DNA of 64,000 bases from an uncultured delta proteobacterium (GTDB taxonomy: Bacteria > Desulfobacterota > Binatia > UBA9968): contig CAVTUQ010000029.1 of assembly GCA_963737905.1 (NCBI GenBank), positions 45,223 through 109,222 on the forward strand, in the 5' to 3' direction. Below are positions 50,234 through 60,490 of the stretch, piece after piece. Made by a program: the position numbers and the translations under genes. The notes beneath the pieces were generated by a model, which was not told the origin of the DNA, searched no databases, and saw only the letters and a program-made list of their open reading frames with translations. Numbering within the stretch: the first letter of the stretch is position 1; each line of letters starts with the position of its first letter.

Positions 50234-50299
50234 TGAACCGGCGTCCAGCGGTCGCGAGATGCCAAGCGCTCGGTTTGGGCGGCCAGGGTGACCAGTTAA

Positions 50300-50468
50300 C
50301 CCTGTTCCGACATTGATTCGACCATTACGATGATTCTTCCCCTCTGCAACCGAGTGAAGATCTGGCCTTGTCGATGTTTCACCAGGGGTGAGGTTTTGAT
50401 AGCATCGCATTAGCGAACGTTTGGCTATAGTCATTCCAAATTTACGGGTTTTTATTGTCGGAACAGGG
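50300..50468. mobile_element. 169-bp MITE-like element with 13-bp TIRs and TTAA target duplication
   Basis: TTAA-CCCTGTTCCGACA ... TGTCGGAACAGGG-TTAA; removing it restores a 7-bp-period repeat. Confidence 0.8.
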
Positions 50469-50518
50469 TTAACAGTAAGCAGAGAGCAGTGAGCAGTAAA
50501 AACAAGAGGAGCCAAACA

Positions 50519-51481
50519 ATGATGAGAAAGTTTAATGTCCGCTTACTGCTTACTGTCTTCCTGCTTACTGTTTCTTTCGCCGAGGCGCAGCAGCCAACGA
50601 AAATCCCGCGGATAGGTTATGTCGCCACTACTGCTCCCGATACACCTAACAACTTGGCATTCCGACGAGGACTGCGAGACCTCGGTTATATTGAAGGGAA
50701 AAACATCCTGGTTGAGGATCGCTACGCCGCGGGAAAAGCGGACCGCATCCCTAACCTTGTGGCGGAACTGGTGCAAATGAAAGTAGATGTCCTTGTCTCC
50801 CCGGTTGTAGCCGCGATCCGCGCAGCGAAGGAGTCGACCAAGACGATCCCCATTGTCATGGTAATAGCTGATGATCCAGTCGCAACGGGGCTAGTCGATA
50901 GTTTGGCCCGTCCCGGAGGAAATATCACGGGACTCACCAGACTTACTCAGGAGCTGAACGGAAAACGCCTGGAACTTCTTAAGGAAGTGGTCCCGACAGC
51001 AACGCGTGTCGGAGTCCTCTCAGTTGCCGGCTTTACAATCTTTAGAGAGTACGAGGCTGCGGCGCGCGTGCTAAAGATACATCTTCAGTCCCTGGAGGTA
51101 CGAGCTCCGAACCCTGATTTGGAGGGTGCATTTCGAGATGCGGTCAAGGGGCAGGTGAGAGCGCTTATCGTGGCGAGGGCGCTCGTCGGTTACCGAAAGC
51201 AGATTGCCGACCTCGCCATCAAAAACCGCCTGCCTCTCATGTCCGAAGGGAGTGACTTCGTGGACGCTGGTGGTCTCGTGTCTTATGCAGCTATCGATGC
51301 AGAGAATTACCGGCGCGCCGCTTATTACGTCGACAGAATCCTGAAAGGCGCTAAGCCAGCAGACCTGCCCGTAGAGCAGCCAACGAAGTTCGAATTCATC
51401 ATCAATCTCAAAGCGGCCAAGCAGATCGGATTAACGGTACCGCCGAACGTGCTGGCGAGAGCGGATCGGGTTATTCGCTGA
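50519..51481 (+). CDS. ABC_sub_bind unit 11 (intact)
   Basis: RBS GAGGAG; AEA-QQP; conserved tail. Confidence 0.92.
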   Translation: MMRKFNVRLLLTVFLLTVSFAEAQQPTKIPRIGYVATTAPDTPNNLAFRRGLRDLGYIEGKNILVEDRYAAGKADRIPNLVAELVQMKVDVLVSPVVAAIRAAKESTKTIPIVMVIADDPVATGLVDSLARPGGNITGLTRLTQELNGKRLELLKEVVPTATRVGVLSVAGFTIFREYEAAARVLKIHLQSLEVRAPNPDLEGAFRDAVKGQVRALIVARALVGYRKQIADLAIKNRLPLMSEGSDFVDAGGLVSYAAIDAENYRRAAYYVDRILKGAKPADLPVEQPTKFEFIINLKAAKQIGLTVPPNVLARADRVIR

Positions 51482-51528
51482 AGAAGGCAATAGGTATAAG
51501 GCAACAGGCAATAGCAGAAGTGAAAAAC

Positions 51529-52509
51529 ATGACCAAGAGAGTCATCCTCGGTTTCGTGACAACAGTCATGGTAATCGCCCCGTTTGCGCACGCGCAGCAA
51601 CCGGGGAAAATCCCGCGCATCGGATATCTCAATGCTTCTTCGGCTTCCTCAGCCGCATCCCGTGTCGAAGCTTTTCGTCGGGGTATGCGCGAGCTTGGCT
51701 ACGTAGAGGGAAAAAACATTGTCATTGAATATCGCTTTGCCGAGGGCAAACTAGAGCGCTTGAGGCCGCTTACGACCGAACTGGTGCAGCTCAATGTCGA
51801 ACTCATTGTCTCGGGTGGTCCGACAGTAACCCGGCCCCTCAAGGAAGCAACTTCCACGATTCCAATTGTCATGGGGTTTGACGATGACCCCGTCGGCGCG
51901 GGATTTGTCGCTAGCCTGGCGCGGCCGGGCGGAAATATTACGGGATTGTCCACCCTGGCCCCGGAAATAAGCGGAAAACAATTGGAGATTTTGAAAGAGA
52001 TCGTTCCCAAACTCTCTCGCGTGGCCGTCTTCGGAAATTCGACCCGCTCAGGTACGTCACTATCGCTAAAAGAAATGGAGCTCGCCGCGGCAGCGTTCAA
52101 AATACAGATTCAAAATCTGGACATACAGAACCCCAAGGACATTGACACGGCCTTCGGCGCCGCGAGCAAGGGGCATGCTGAGGCCATCGTCGTGCTGGGT
52201 AGTCCTGTGGTCAATCTTCGCCGAACCCAGATTGCAGAGCTTGCAGTGAAACACCGAATGCCGGGGGTGTATGCGCAGCCAGAGTTTCTACAGGCTGGCG
52301 GTCTCATCTATTACGGCGCTAGCTTCACCGATATTTTCCAGCGTGCCGCTACGTACGTCGACAAGATTCTGAAAGGCGCCAAGCCCGCCGAACTTCCCGT
52401 CGAGCAGCCGAAAAAGTTCGAGTTCATGATCAATCTTAAGGCCGCAAAGCAGATCGGATTAACCATCCCACCGAATGTGTTGGCCAGAGCAGACAGGGTG
52501 ATTAAGTAA
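51529..52509 (+). CDS. ABC_sub_bind unit 12 (intact)
   Basis: AHA-QQP; conserved tail. Confidence 0.92.
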   Translation: MTKRVILGFVTTVMVIAPFAHAQQPGKIPRIGYLNASSASSAASRVEAFRRGMRELGYVEGKNIVIEYRFAEGKLERLRPLTTELVQLNVELIVSGGPTVTRPLKEATSTIPIVMGFDDDPVGAGFVASLARPGGNITGLSTLAPEISGKQLEILKEIVPKLSRVAVFGNSTRSGTSLSLKEMELAAAAFKIQIQNLDIQNPKDIDTAFGAASKGHAEAIVVLGSPVVNLRRTQIAELAVKHRMPGVYAQPEFLQAGGLIYYGASFTDIFQRAATYVDKILKGAKPAELPVEQPKKFEFMINLKAAKQIGLTIPPNVLARADRVIK

Positions 52510-52532
52510 TTTGATTTTGGATTGAGGAAGCC

Positions 52533-53507
52533 ATGAATAAAAAGATCAACTCCTTTCTGCTAGCAATTGTTCTTCTGGCGGCTGTCCTACCAGCCGAAGC
52601 CCAGCAGCCAAAGCTCTACCGAATCGGTGTCGTTACTGCAGGCGGCGCATGGTACGAAGTAATTGACGGGCTCCGGGTCGGCCTCAGGCAGCTGGGACTT
52701 GAAGAGGGGAAGCAGTTTGCTTTGGCGATCTAAGATACGAAGGGCAATGCGAAGGTGGCGGAGGAGGCGGCAAGGAATCTCGAAAAAGAGAAAGTCAACC
52801 TGATATATACAACTCAAACCTCAGTCACCTTAGCAACAAAGCGGGCGACGGCAGACATCCCTATCGTCTTCTGTGCCGGGGCCGACCCGGTTGAACTCGG
52901 GCTAGTGGAGAGTTTCGCAAGACCGGGCGGAAGACTTACAGGCGTCTTCTACCGGGACACCGACCTCACCGGAAAGCGTCTGGAACTTCTGAAGGAGATT
53001 GTCCCGAAGCTCCGCCGCGTAGTGACGTTCTATAACCCCAGTAATCCTGTTTCCGTCGACTCCGCCAAGTTGGTGCGGGAAACTGCGGGACAGATGGGAA
53101 TCCAGCTGGTCGAACGGCATGTCGCTTCCGTCGAGGAACTTCGGGCAGGTGTGCAATCGCTCAAGGCCGGGGAAGTGGATGCTGTCTTTGAAGTGTCGGA
53201 CGCCCTGACGGTTATCCAAGATCAACTGATCATCGACACGGCAAGGGTCAAGAGGTTGCCGACGATGTTCGTCAACCACAGTTCTGTCGTCAAAGGAGGT
53301 CTGGCCAGCTACAGCGTAAGCCGGCACGAAGTTGGCCGCCTGTCAGCGAAGTACGTCCAGCGCATTCTTACCGGCGTCAAACCTAAGGACTTGCCGGTGG
53401 AGGGGATCGATAAGATCTCACTTATCATCAATCTCAAGACGGCAAAGGATATCGGCCTGACGATTCCGCAGTCGGTACTGTACCGGGCAGACAAAGTCAT
53501 TAAATGA
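52533..53507 (+). pseudogene. ABC_sub_bind unit 13 (divergent subfamily; in-frame TAA at 52731-52733)
   Basis: ORFs 52533-52733 and 52755-53507 share one frame; tail IPQSVLYRADKVIK. Confidence 0.8.
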
Positions 53508-53557
53508 CAGTGAGCGGTGAGCAGTAAGCAGCAAAAACCGCGGGGAGAAACTCATCA

Positions 53558-54544
53558 ATGGATAAAAAAGTCTTTCACCTTGCTCTTTGCACGATGCTCA
53601 TTGCATTTTGCTGTTCTGCTCAGGCGCAGCAGGCAATGAAAGTCCCCCGGATAGGATTTCTAAGTGCTGCCTCGCCGTCCGCTATCTCGGCTCGCATCGA
53701 GGCATTTCGGCAGGGTCTGCGCGAGCTCGGGTACGTCGAGGGGAAAAACATTATCATTGAGTGGCGATCTGCAGAGGGAAAACTAGATCGGCTTAGTGAG
53801 ATTACGGCCGAACTAGTGCGCCTCAAGGTAGACGTCATCGTCACGGGTGGTCCGATACCAACTCGTGCCGCCAAGGAAGCAACTGTTACGATTCCTATTG
53901 TCATGGCGTTTGATATTGATCCCGTTGGCTTGGGGTTCATCGCCAGCCTAGCGCGACCTGGTGGGAACATTACTGGATTGTCCACGCTTGCCCCGGAGAT
54001 AAGCGGAAAGCGACTGGAGCTTTTGAAGGAGATCGTTCCTAAGCTCTCGCATGTGGCCGTCTTTGGGACTTCGACTTTTCCGGGCAACGCACAAGCGTTA
54101 AAAGAGACGGAACGCGCCGCAGGGGCGCTCGCCGTGCAGCTTCAATACCTCGATTTACGAGGTTCCAAGGGTTTTGAGACCGCATTTCGGGACGCAACCA
54201 AGGGGCGGGCTGATGGGATTCTTATGCTCGTGTGGGGAGTCGCCCTTGATCCTCACCGAAAACAGCTCGTAGAATTGGCAGCAAAGAGCCGGCTCCCTGC
54301 AATATACGCAGATCGGGAACATGTGGAAGCCGGGGGGCTTATGTCCTACGGCGTGAGCATTACCGATTCGTTCCGACGCGCTGCCACATATGTGGACAAG
54401 ATTCTAAAGGGAAGAAAGCCAGCCGATCTTCCAGTGGAACAGCCGAAGAAGTTCGAGTTTATCATCAATCTGAAAGCAGCGAAGCAGATCGGCCTAATAA
54501 TACCGCCGAATGTGCTGGCGCGGGCGGATCAGGTCATCAGATGA
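53558..54544 (+). CDS. ABC_sub_bind unit 14 (intact)
   Basis: AQA-QQ; conserved tail ending ADQVIR. Confidence 0.92.
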   Translation: MDKKVFHLALCTMLIAFCCSAQAQQAMKVPRIGFLSAASPSAISARIEAFRQGLRELGYVEGKNIIIEWRSAEGKLDRLSEITAELVRLKVDVIVTGGPIPTRAAKEATVTIPIVMAFDIDPVGLGFIASLARPGGNITGLSTLAPEISGKRLELLKEIVPKLSHVAVFGTSTFPGNAQALKETERAAGALAVQLQYLDLRGSKGFETAFRDATKGRADGILMLVWGVALDPHRKQLVELAAKSRLPAIYADREHVEAGGLMSYGVSITDSFRRAATYVDKILKGRKPADLPVEQPKKFEFIINLKAAKQIGLIIPPNVLARADQVIR

Positions 54545-54705
54545 GAAGTGTCGAGTGTCAAGTGTCGAGTGACAAGACGAGCGGAACGAAGCCTATCCGC
54601 ACTCAACCTTTCATGGTCCGACTCAAGCGATTATCCACTTGTAGACCTGAAGATGGATCTGGCACAGAAGCAGAGTTTGGGCTATTATCCTCCCGAGGTC
54701 AAATC

Positions 54706-54939
54706 ATGGAACACGCATCGATCCCCGATCCTCCCGGATTTAGCAATCTTTCGAAGGCCGAGCAGATTCGCTATTTGCAAGCACTTTGGGACCGGATCTC
54801 CGAGAACCCGGATGACATTCCTGTCCTGGGGTCTCATCTCAAACTTGCTGAAAAAAGACTCGCGGCTTATCGACGGAATCCGAAGCGAGCTCGCCCCGCC
54901 TATCAGGTTCTGGACCGGTTGCGCAAAAAGTCCGAGTGA
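54706..54939 (+). CDS. Putative addiction-module antitoxin
   Basis: LSKAEQIRYLQALWDRI...HLKLAEKRLAAYRRNP pattern; GTGA overlap with the toxin. Confidence 0.8.
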   Translation: MEHASIPDPPGFSNLSKAEQIRYLQALWDRISENPDDIPVLGSHLKLAEKRLAAYRRNPKRARPAYQVLDRLRKKSE

Positions 54940-55238
54940 CCGCCTATAGACTTGTCTCCGAGCCTCAGGTAGATACCGACATCGAGGCGGCTTTCCGATG
55001 GTACGAGAATGAACAAACTGGCCTGGGGCTAGAATTTCTCGACGAACTGCGCGCCGCATACGATCGTATCGTCGACGGACCCTTTAAGTATTCACAACTC
55101 CGTTCGAAGACGCGACGGGCACTGCTTAAGCGGTTCCCATACGCGGTCTACTTCGTTGTCGAGGACGAGATCATCGTTGTACTTGCAGTTCTACATACGA
55201 GTCGCGACCCCGCAGAGTGGCAGCGACGCTCAAGGTAG
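54936..55238 (+). CDS. RelE/ParE-family toxin
   Basis: DIEAAFRWYE, GLGLEFLDE, RRALLKRFPYAVYF, VLAVLHTSRDP. Confidence 0.9.
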   Translation: MTAYRLVSEPQVDTDIEAAFRWYENEQTGLGLEFLDELRAAYDRIVDGPFKYSQLRSKTRRALLKRFPYAVYFVVEDEIIVVLAVLHTSRDPAEWQRRSR

Positions 55239-55265
55239 CGGGTTTACCGCGATGATACGATTTTT

Positions 55266-57045
55266 ATGAGATCGGAAAGTTTGGATATCCAACGCAGCGA
55301 GGCGGCCGTGGATGCTTTTACCGCGGAGGTCATCCGCAACACGGTGGTGGCGATCACGGATGAGATGAAGACCAATCTCATGCGCACCGCCTACAATATG
55401 ATCATCTATGAGGCCGAGGATTTTACCGTCGGCCTTTTCGACGCCGACGGCAACACGATTTCCATCGGTCTCGGGTTGCCGATGTTCATCCGCGGGCTGT
55501 CGGATGCGATCAAGGCGAAGCTTCGCCACTGGGGCAAAGAAAATATCGAGCCGGGCGACATTCTGCTCACCAACGATCCGCAGGTGATGGGCAGCCATTT
55601 GAACCACATGATTTTCACCTTGCCGGTTTTCCACGCCGGGGAGCTGATCGCCTTCTCTTCTTCGATGGGCCACTGGCAGGACGTTGGGGGCGTGCTTGGC
55701 GCGGTTACACGGGATGTTTTTTCCGAAGGGTTGCAGATGCCTTTCGTGAAGATCTTTAAAGCGGGAAAGCAAGACCCCGAGCTCACCGCGATCATCCGCA
55801 CCAACTGCCGCCTGCCGGAGTTTGCGATGGGCGATTTTCGCGCGCAAATTGCCGCGGTTCGAACCGGGGAACGGCGCATCACCCAATTGCTAAAGCGCTA
55901 CGGCGCGGAGACGTTCAAGGAAAGTATCAAGCTCATCTTCGACCAGAGCGAGCGTCTCGCGCGCGCTGCGGTGCGCGAAATTCCTGACGGCGTCTACGAA
56001 GCTGAATCGTTCATGGATGACGACGGAGTCAATATCGGCAAGCACATTCCAATCAAGGTCCGTGTTCAGGTTAAGGATGACGAGATGACGGTCGACTTGA
56101 GCGGGGTCAGCCCGCAGGTCGCGGGTCCTTACAACTCGGGCGCTACCGCCGGCCGCTCCGCATCCGAAGTGGCGTTTAAGTTTTTGACGACGCCGCTGTT
56201 GCTGCCGATCAACGAAGGCTCGTTCCGACCATTAAAAATCATTCTGCCGCCGGGCCGGGTCGTGAGCGCGACAAAGCCAGCGCCGGTGCGCACCTGGATG
56301 ACTGTGCCGATGACTGTGGCGGATACGATCTTCAAAGCGCTCGCTACCGCCTGCCCCGACAGGGTAATGGCCGGGCAACACGCGGACCTCGCAGCGCCGC
56401 GCACGTTTGGTCTCGATCCCAAGACCGGCCGCGCTTTTCATTTTCCGCCAATGCTTTCCGGTGGCGGTTGGGGCGCCCTTTGTGACAGGGACGGGCAGAA
56501 CGCGACTTTTTGTATCAATGACGGCGACACGCACAATACGCCCGTCGAAGCCGGCGAAGGGCGAGCACCGATCTTCGTGGCTTATCGTAAGCTCAGGCAA
56601 GATTCCGGAGGCCCAGGAAAATTCCGCGGCGGGCTGGGCGTATCACAAGAGGTGCGTCTGCTTTCGCCGGGAAGCGTATTGTCGGCCATGGAGCGATCGC
56701 TGTGTGCACCTTGGGGACTGCACGGCGGCAAAGACGCGCTGGCGAACCGCTTCAGCATCGTTCGCAAAGACGGTTCGATGCAGAAACTTGCGACGGGAAA
56801 AACTGCCGGCCATGTCACACTCGAAGCTAGCGACGGTTTCCTGGTCGAAGTCGGCGGCGGCGGCGGATTCTGGAACCCGTTAGATCGCGATCCAGCAAAA
56901 AGTTCTCGCCGATGTCCGTTCCGGCTATGTTTCGCTCGAAGCGGCCCGGCGGGATTACGGCGTGGTTATCAATCAAGAAGGCCGCCGGTTCGACCTCGAT
57001 GTTGAAGCGACGAAGGAAATGCGGCACAGAATGGCGAGCGATTAA
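55266..57045 (+). CDS. Hydantoinase B/oxoprolinase subunit, paralogue of 35615; +1 frameshift in an A-run near 56897
   Basis: Same motifs; the C-terminus VLADVRSGYVSLEAARRDYGVVI...VEATKEMRHRMASD* continues in another frame to 57045. Confidence 0.85.
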
Positions 57046-57055
57046 GAGCGCTTTA

Positions 57056-57116
57056 TGTTCAATGTTCAACGTGCCACGCTCCCAACCTTGAACTTTGAAC
57101 CCTGGAACCTTGAACC
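57056..57116. repeat. Inverted 7-bp-period GTTCAA/TTGAAC repeat
   Basis: atgttcaatgttcaacg ... ccttgaactttgaaccctggaaccttgaacc. Confidence 0.75.
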
Positions 57117-57138
57117 AAAAAAAGGCAGGAGGACAAAA

Positions 57139-58138
57139 ATGAAGATTGTTCTTTTTGGTCCGGAGCGCCGGATCGGCGCATGGCAAAATGACAAGGTCAT
57201 TGATCTGAACCACGGGTTGGCCAACTATCTGCGCGACCAGCGCGGTGACACCAACGCTCAAGCCCACGCCGACGAGAAGATTCCAGCGCGATTGGAGCGT
57301 TTCATTGCTCTGGGGAAAGCAGCCATCGAAGATGCTGAGCGCGCTATCGAGCATGCGACCAAGCATAGCGGCGAAGCCGTCGTCCACGATGTTAAGAGCG
57401 TTAAGCTCCACGCGCCCTGGCCCGAGCGGCGAATCGCCTGCGTCGGCGGCAACTATGCCGCGCACCTCGCCGGCATGTGGGCCGGTCGTCCGGGTGTCAC
57501 TGGCGACCTGGCGCAGATTACACAGTTGGCCAAAGAGGAAGGGCAATGGGGATTTTGGAAAAATCCCCATGAGGTTGCCGGACCGGACGAAGAGATTCCC
57601 TATCCGAAGCGCACCCGGCGCTTCGACTATGAGGGCGAAGTTGCCATCGTGATCGGCAAGCGCGGCAAAGATATTCCCGCGGACCGGATCGACGAGTACG
57701 TCTGGGGCGTTACGTTGTTCCACGACTGGAGCATTCGTGACGGCGGGTCGAGCGGCCCTCAAGGCCGGCCTATCAGTTACAATCTGGCAAAGAACTTCGA
57801 TGGTTCGACTTCGATGGGGCCTTGCATCGTCGTCGGCGAGCTCGATCACCGCAACGTCAATGTAGAGACGCGGATCAACGGCGAAGTACGGCAAAGTTAT
57901 AATACCAAGGAAATGATCTGGCCGTTTGGCGAAGTGATCGAGTATCTCTCTCGGGATTTTAGTTTTGTTCCGGGCGATGTCATTGCCGGCGGTACTTCGG
58001 CAGGAACCGCCGCCGACATGTCACGCAGAAAAACGGAGAGCGCTCAGTCGCCGAATCTATTTCTCAAGATTGGCGACGTCGTGGAACTCTCGTCGCCGCA
58101 GATAGGTAAACTAGGCGAACCGTATCGTTGCGGCGTGA
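57139..58138 (+). CDS. Fumarylacetoacetate hydrolase-family protein (probable frameshift near 58114)
   Basis: RBS AGGAGG; CVGGNYAAH, DYEGEVAIVIGK, DWSIRD, AKNFDG, PGDVIAGGTSAG; expected end (A)NRIV* is in the shifted frame; uncorrected ORF runs to 58272. Confidence 0.88.
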
Positions 58139-58214
58139 TGCAATCGGATGATGCCATTATTCCCCCCTCATTTCTCTCCCGCGAGAGACTGAGTTGGAAA
58201 TGTTCCACATCGGT

Positions 58215-58269
58215 TGTCATCCCGAGCGAATGCGAGGGATCTAGATTTCTCGCTGCGCTCGAAATGACA
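58215..58269. repeat. REP-like palindrome TGTCATCCCGAGCG ... CGCTCGAAATGACA
   Basis: Imperfect inverted repeat with internal CGAGGGATCT/AGATTTCTCG arms. Confidence 0.75.
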
Positions 58270-58379
58270 TGAAAGGTCAATAGATGCGTCACTTCCGTTA
58301 TTGTGGCTCAGTCTGCGAGGACAGGCATAAGAATAAAGGAGAGGGGGGCGTTCCGTTTGTCAACTATTGCGAGGTTACA

Positions 58380-59377
58380 ATGATTCAGAAGCATAACAGG
58401 GGTCGCTTGATCGGGTCACTTATATTCGGAGTGACAGTTCTAACCATTGCCTTCGTCCGTCCGGCTTTTGCGCAAGAGGGAAGAACAAAGATCAGAATTT
58501 CCTATCCCAGTACATCCATCGCTAACCTGGCCCTCTTTGCCGCGCAGCAATGGAAGATCTTCGAGCAAAACGGGCTTGAGGTAGAAAGCATTCAAATGAG
58601 ATCTCAGGCTGCCAATGCCGCGCTGGCGAGCGGCGATGTTCATTATGTCGCCGGCGTGGGCCCCAACTCGGTTGCCGCCACTCTGCGGGGGTTGCCTTCG
58701 AAGGCCGTCTGGTTCGCCTCGGAGCGACTCGTCTATTCGATCGTCGCGCGGCCGGAATTCAAATCACTGAAAGATTTACGCGGCAAGCGAATCGCCGTCA
58801 CGGGTTAGGAGGAACATCCGAAGTCGTACTGCGAATCGGGCTGGAGGCCGCGGGTGAAAACTCGAAGGATTTCGTCATCGTAGGGCTGGGCGCTGCGCAG
58901 TTGATGAGTGGCCTGGAAAGCGGCAGCATCGAGGCAGCGAACTTTAACCCGCCCTTTCTATACTTCGCGAAGAGAAAAGGGTTTCGCGAGCTTCTCGACG
59001 TCGGCACGCATGCACAGATGCCGCTGGGAGGTCTCACGGCTTCCAACGCTTCGATTCAAAATCGTGCCGCCGAGTTGAAGCGAATCATCCGCTCTATGCA
59101 AATCGCCCGGCGGATGCTGCTTCAGTCAAAAGAGAAAAGCGTCGATTTCATCATGCGAACGATAAAAGTGGACCGAGAAACGGCTGAAGATAGTTACCGC
59201 GACTATCAGAAGACATCCAGCGGTAGCGGTGTTCCCACCCGCGAAGGCATGGAACAGATCGTCAAGTCGCTCCAGATGCTGGGACAGTTCACCGGCAAAA
59301 AAGTTGCCTTCGAAGAGATCGCCGATGCGCGCATTGCGAGAGAAGTCGCCAGGGAACTGGGTTACAAAGTGGACTAG
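58380..59377 (+). pseudogene. NitT/TauT SBP paralogous to 30635, with a single -1 frameshift at ~58805 (possibly an error)
   Basis: ACGGGTTAGGAGGA should encode TGLGG; both halves align with 30635. Confidence 0.75.
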
Positions 59378-59390
59378 GGCAGGCTGCTGC

Positions 59391-59466
59391 CTATGGCATA
59401 TAGCCTATGGCTTATAGCTTATGGTTCGTACAGCCGGCCATACGCTATATGCGATCAGCCATATGC
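59391..59466. repeat. Inverted 7-bp-period repeat (CTATGGC/TATAGC ... CCATA/GCTATA)
   Basis: ctatggcatatagcctatggcttatagcttatgg ... ccatacgctatatgcgatcagccatatg. Confidence 0.7.
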
Positions 59467-59500
59467 GATTTTCGCTCGCGTAGCAAGAAAGGAGAGTGGG

Positions 59501-60490
59501 ATGGCAAACAAAATTAGGCTGGCGTTCGCGGGGGGTGATTACGAGATCATCCGCGCTCTGAAGGAAGGTTCCGTCGACGTTGACGGGATCGAGCTGGTCG
59601 TGTTGACCGCCCATGGGCCGCGCGAGCGTCATTGGCGCATGGCGCGCAACCTCGAATACGACGTTTGTGAATTCAACGTCGGTGCCTATTTCATGGCGCG
59701 GGCCCGGAACGTGGCGATCACTGCGATTCCGGTCTTTCTCCACCGCAGATTTCGTCACGGGTTTGCTTTTGTCAATGTAAACTCCGGCATCAAAACGCCA
59801 AAGGACTTGATCGGCAAAAAAGTGGGCGGCACAAACTTTCAGCCGGCGGGCAACATTTGGCTGCGGGGAATTTTGGAGGAGCACTACGGCGTGCCGCACA
59901 AGGACATAACCTGGGTCGTCGATCGCAGCGAAGACGTCGAATTCACGCCGCCGCCAGGATTGAAGATCGAGATGATTCCGCCCGGCAAGTCGATGGATAC
60001 CATGCTAGCGGAAGGCGAGATCCCGGCGATGATCAATCCTTATATACCGAGGCCCATCGTCAATGGCGATGCGCGGGTCACGCGACTGTTTCCGGAGTAC
60101 AAACAAGTCGAGCGTGAATACTTTCAGCAAACGGGTATCTTTCCGATCATGCATGTGACGGTGATCAAGCAGGAGATCGTCGACAAATATCCCTGGGCCG
60201 CGGTGAGCTTGGTTAAGGCTTTCGAGAAGGCCAAGCAAGTTTGTTATCAGCGGGTGGTCAACCCAAGAATTGTCCCACTCGCGTGGTTTTCGCACCAATG
60301 GAACGAAGAGCGTAAGGTTCTGGGACCCGATCCCTGGGCCTACGGTCTCGGCGAAGCGAACAGAAAAAATCTCGCTACCATTATGCGCTATTGCCATCAA
60401 CAGGGGCTGATCGACAGAGAGAGGTCCATCGAGGAGCTATTTGTCGACACTGATCCAGGCGACGCCGGCGGCGACGAAGGCCACTATTGA
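59501..60490 (+). CDS. 4,5-dihydroxyphthalate decarboxylase-like SBP-fold protein
   Basis: GDYEIIRALKEG, DVCEFN, RRFRHGF, IFPIMHVTVIK, DPWAYGLGEANR; RBS AAGGAG. Confidence 0.85.
   Translation: MANKIRLAFAGGDYEIIRALKEGSVDVDGIELVVLTAHGPRERHWRMARNLEYDVCEFNVGAYFMARARNVAITAIPVFLHRRFRHGFAFVNVNSGIKTPKDLIGKKVGGTNFQPAGNIWLRGILEEHYGVPHKDITWVVDRSEDVEFTPPPGLKIEMIPPGKSMDTMLAEGEIPAMINPYIPRPIVNGDARVTRLFPEYKQVEREYFQQTGIFPIMHVTVIKQEIVDKYPWAAVSLVKAFEKAKQVCYQRVVNPRIVPLAWFSHQWNEERKVLGPDPWAYGLGEANRKNLATIMRYCHQQGLIDRERSIEELFVDTDPGDAGGDEGHY

Noticed and set aside
39591-53500. Recurrent minus-strand ORFs ([29 protein letters not shown]..., PVMFPPGRARLATNP...)
   Set aside because: They are antisense shadows of the conserved SBP coding sequence, with variable starts and stops and no RBS.
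38456-54544. Diversity-generating retroelement or true integron behind the SBP array
   Set aside because: No reverse transcriptase, no adenine-specific TR/VR pair evident, no integrase, and no attC-type palindromes between units in this window.
56827-57894. 355-aa minus-strand ORF and similar long antisense ORFs (e.g. 13452-14288, 2360-3022)
   Set aside because: They overlap well-supported genes on the opposite strand and are expected in GC-rich DNA.
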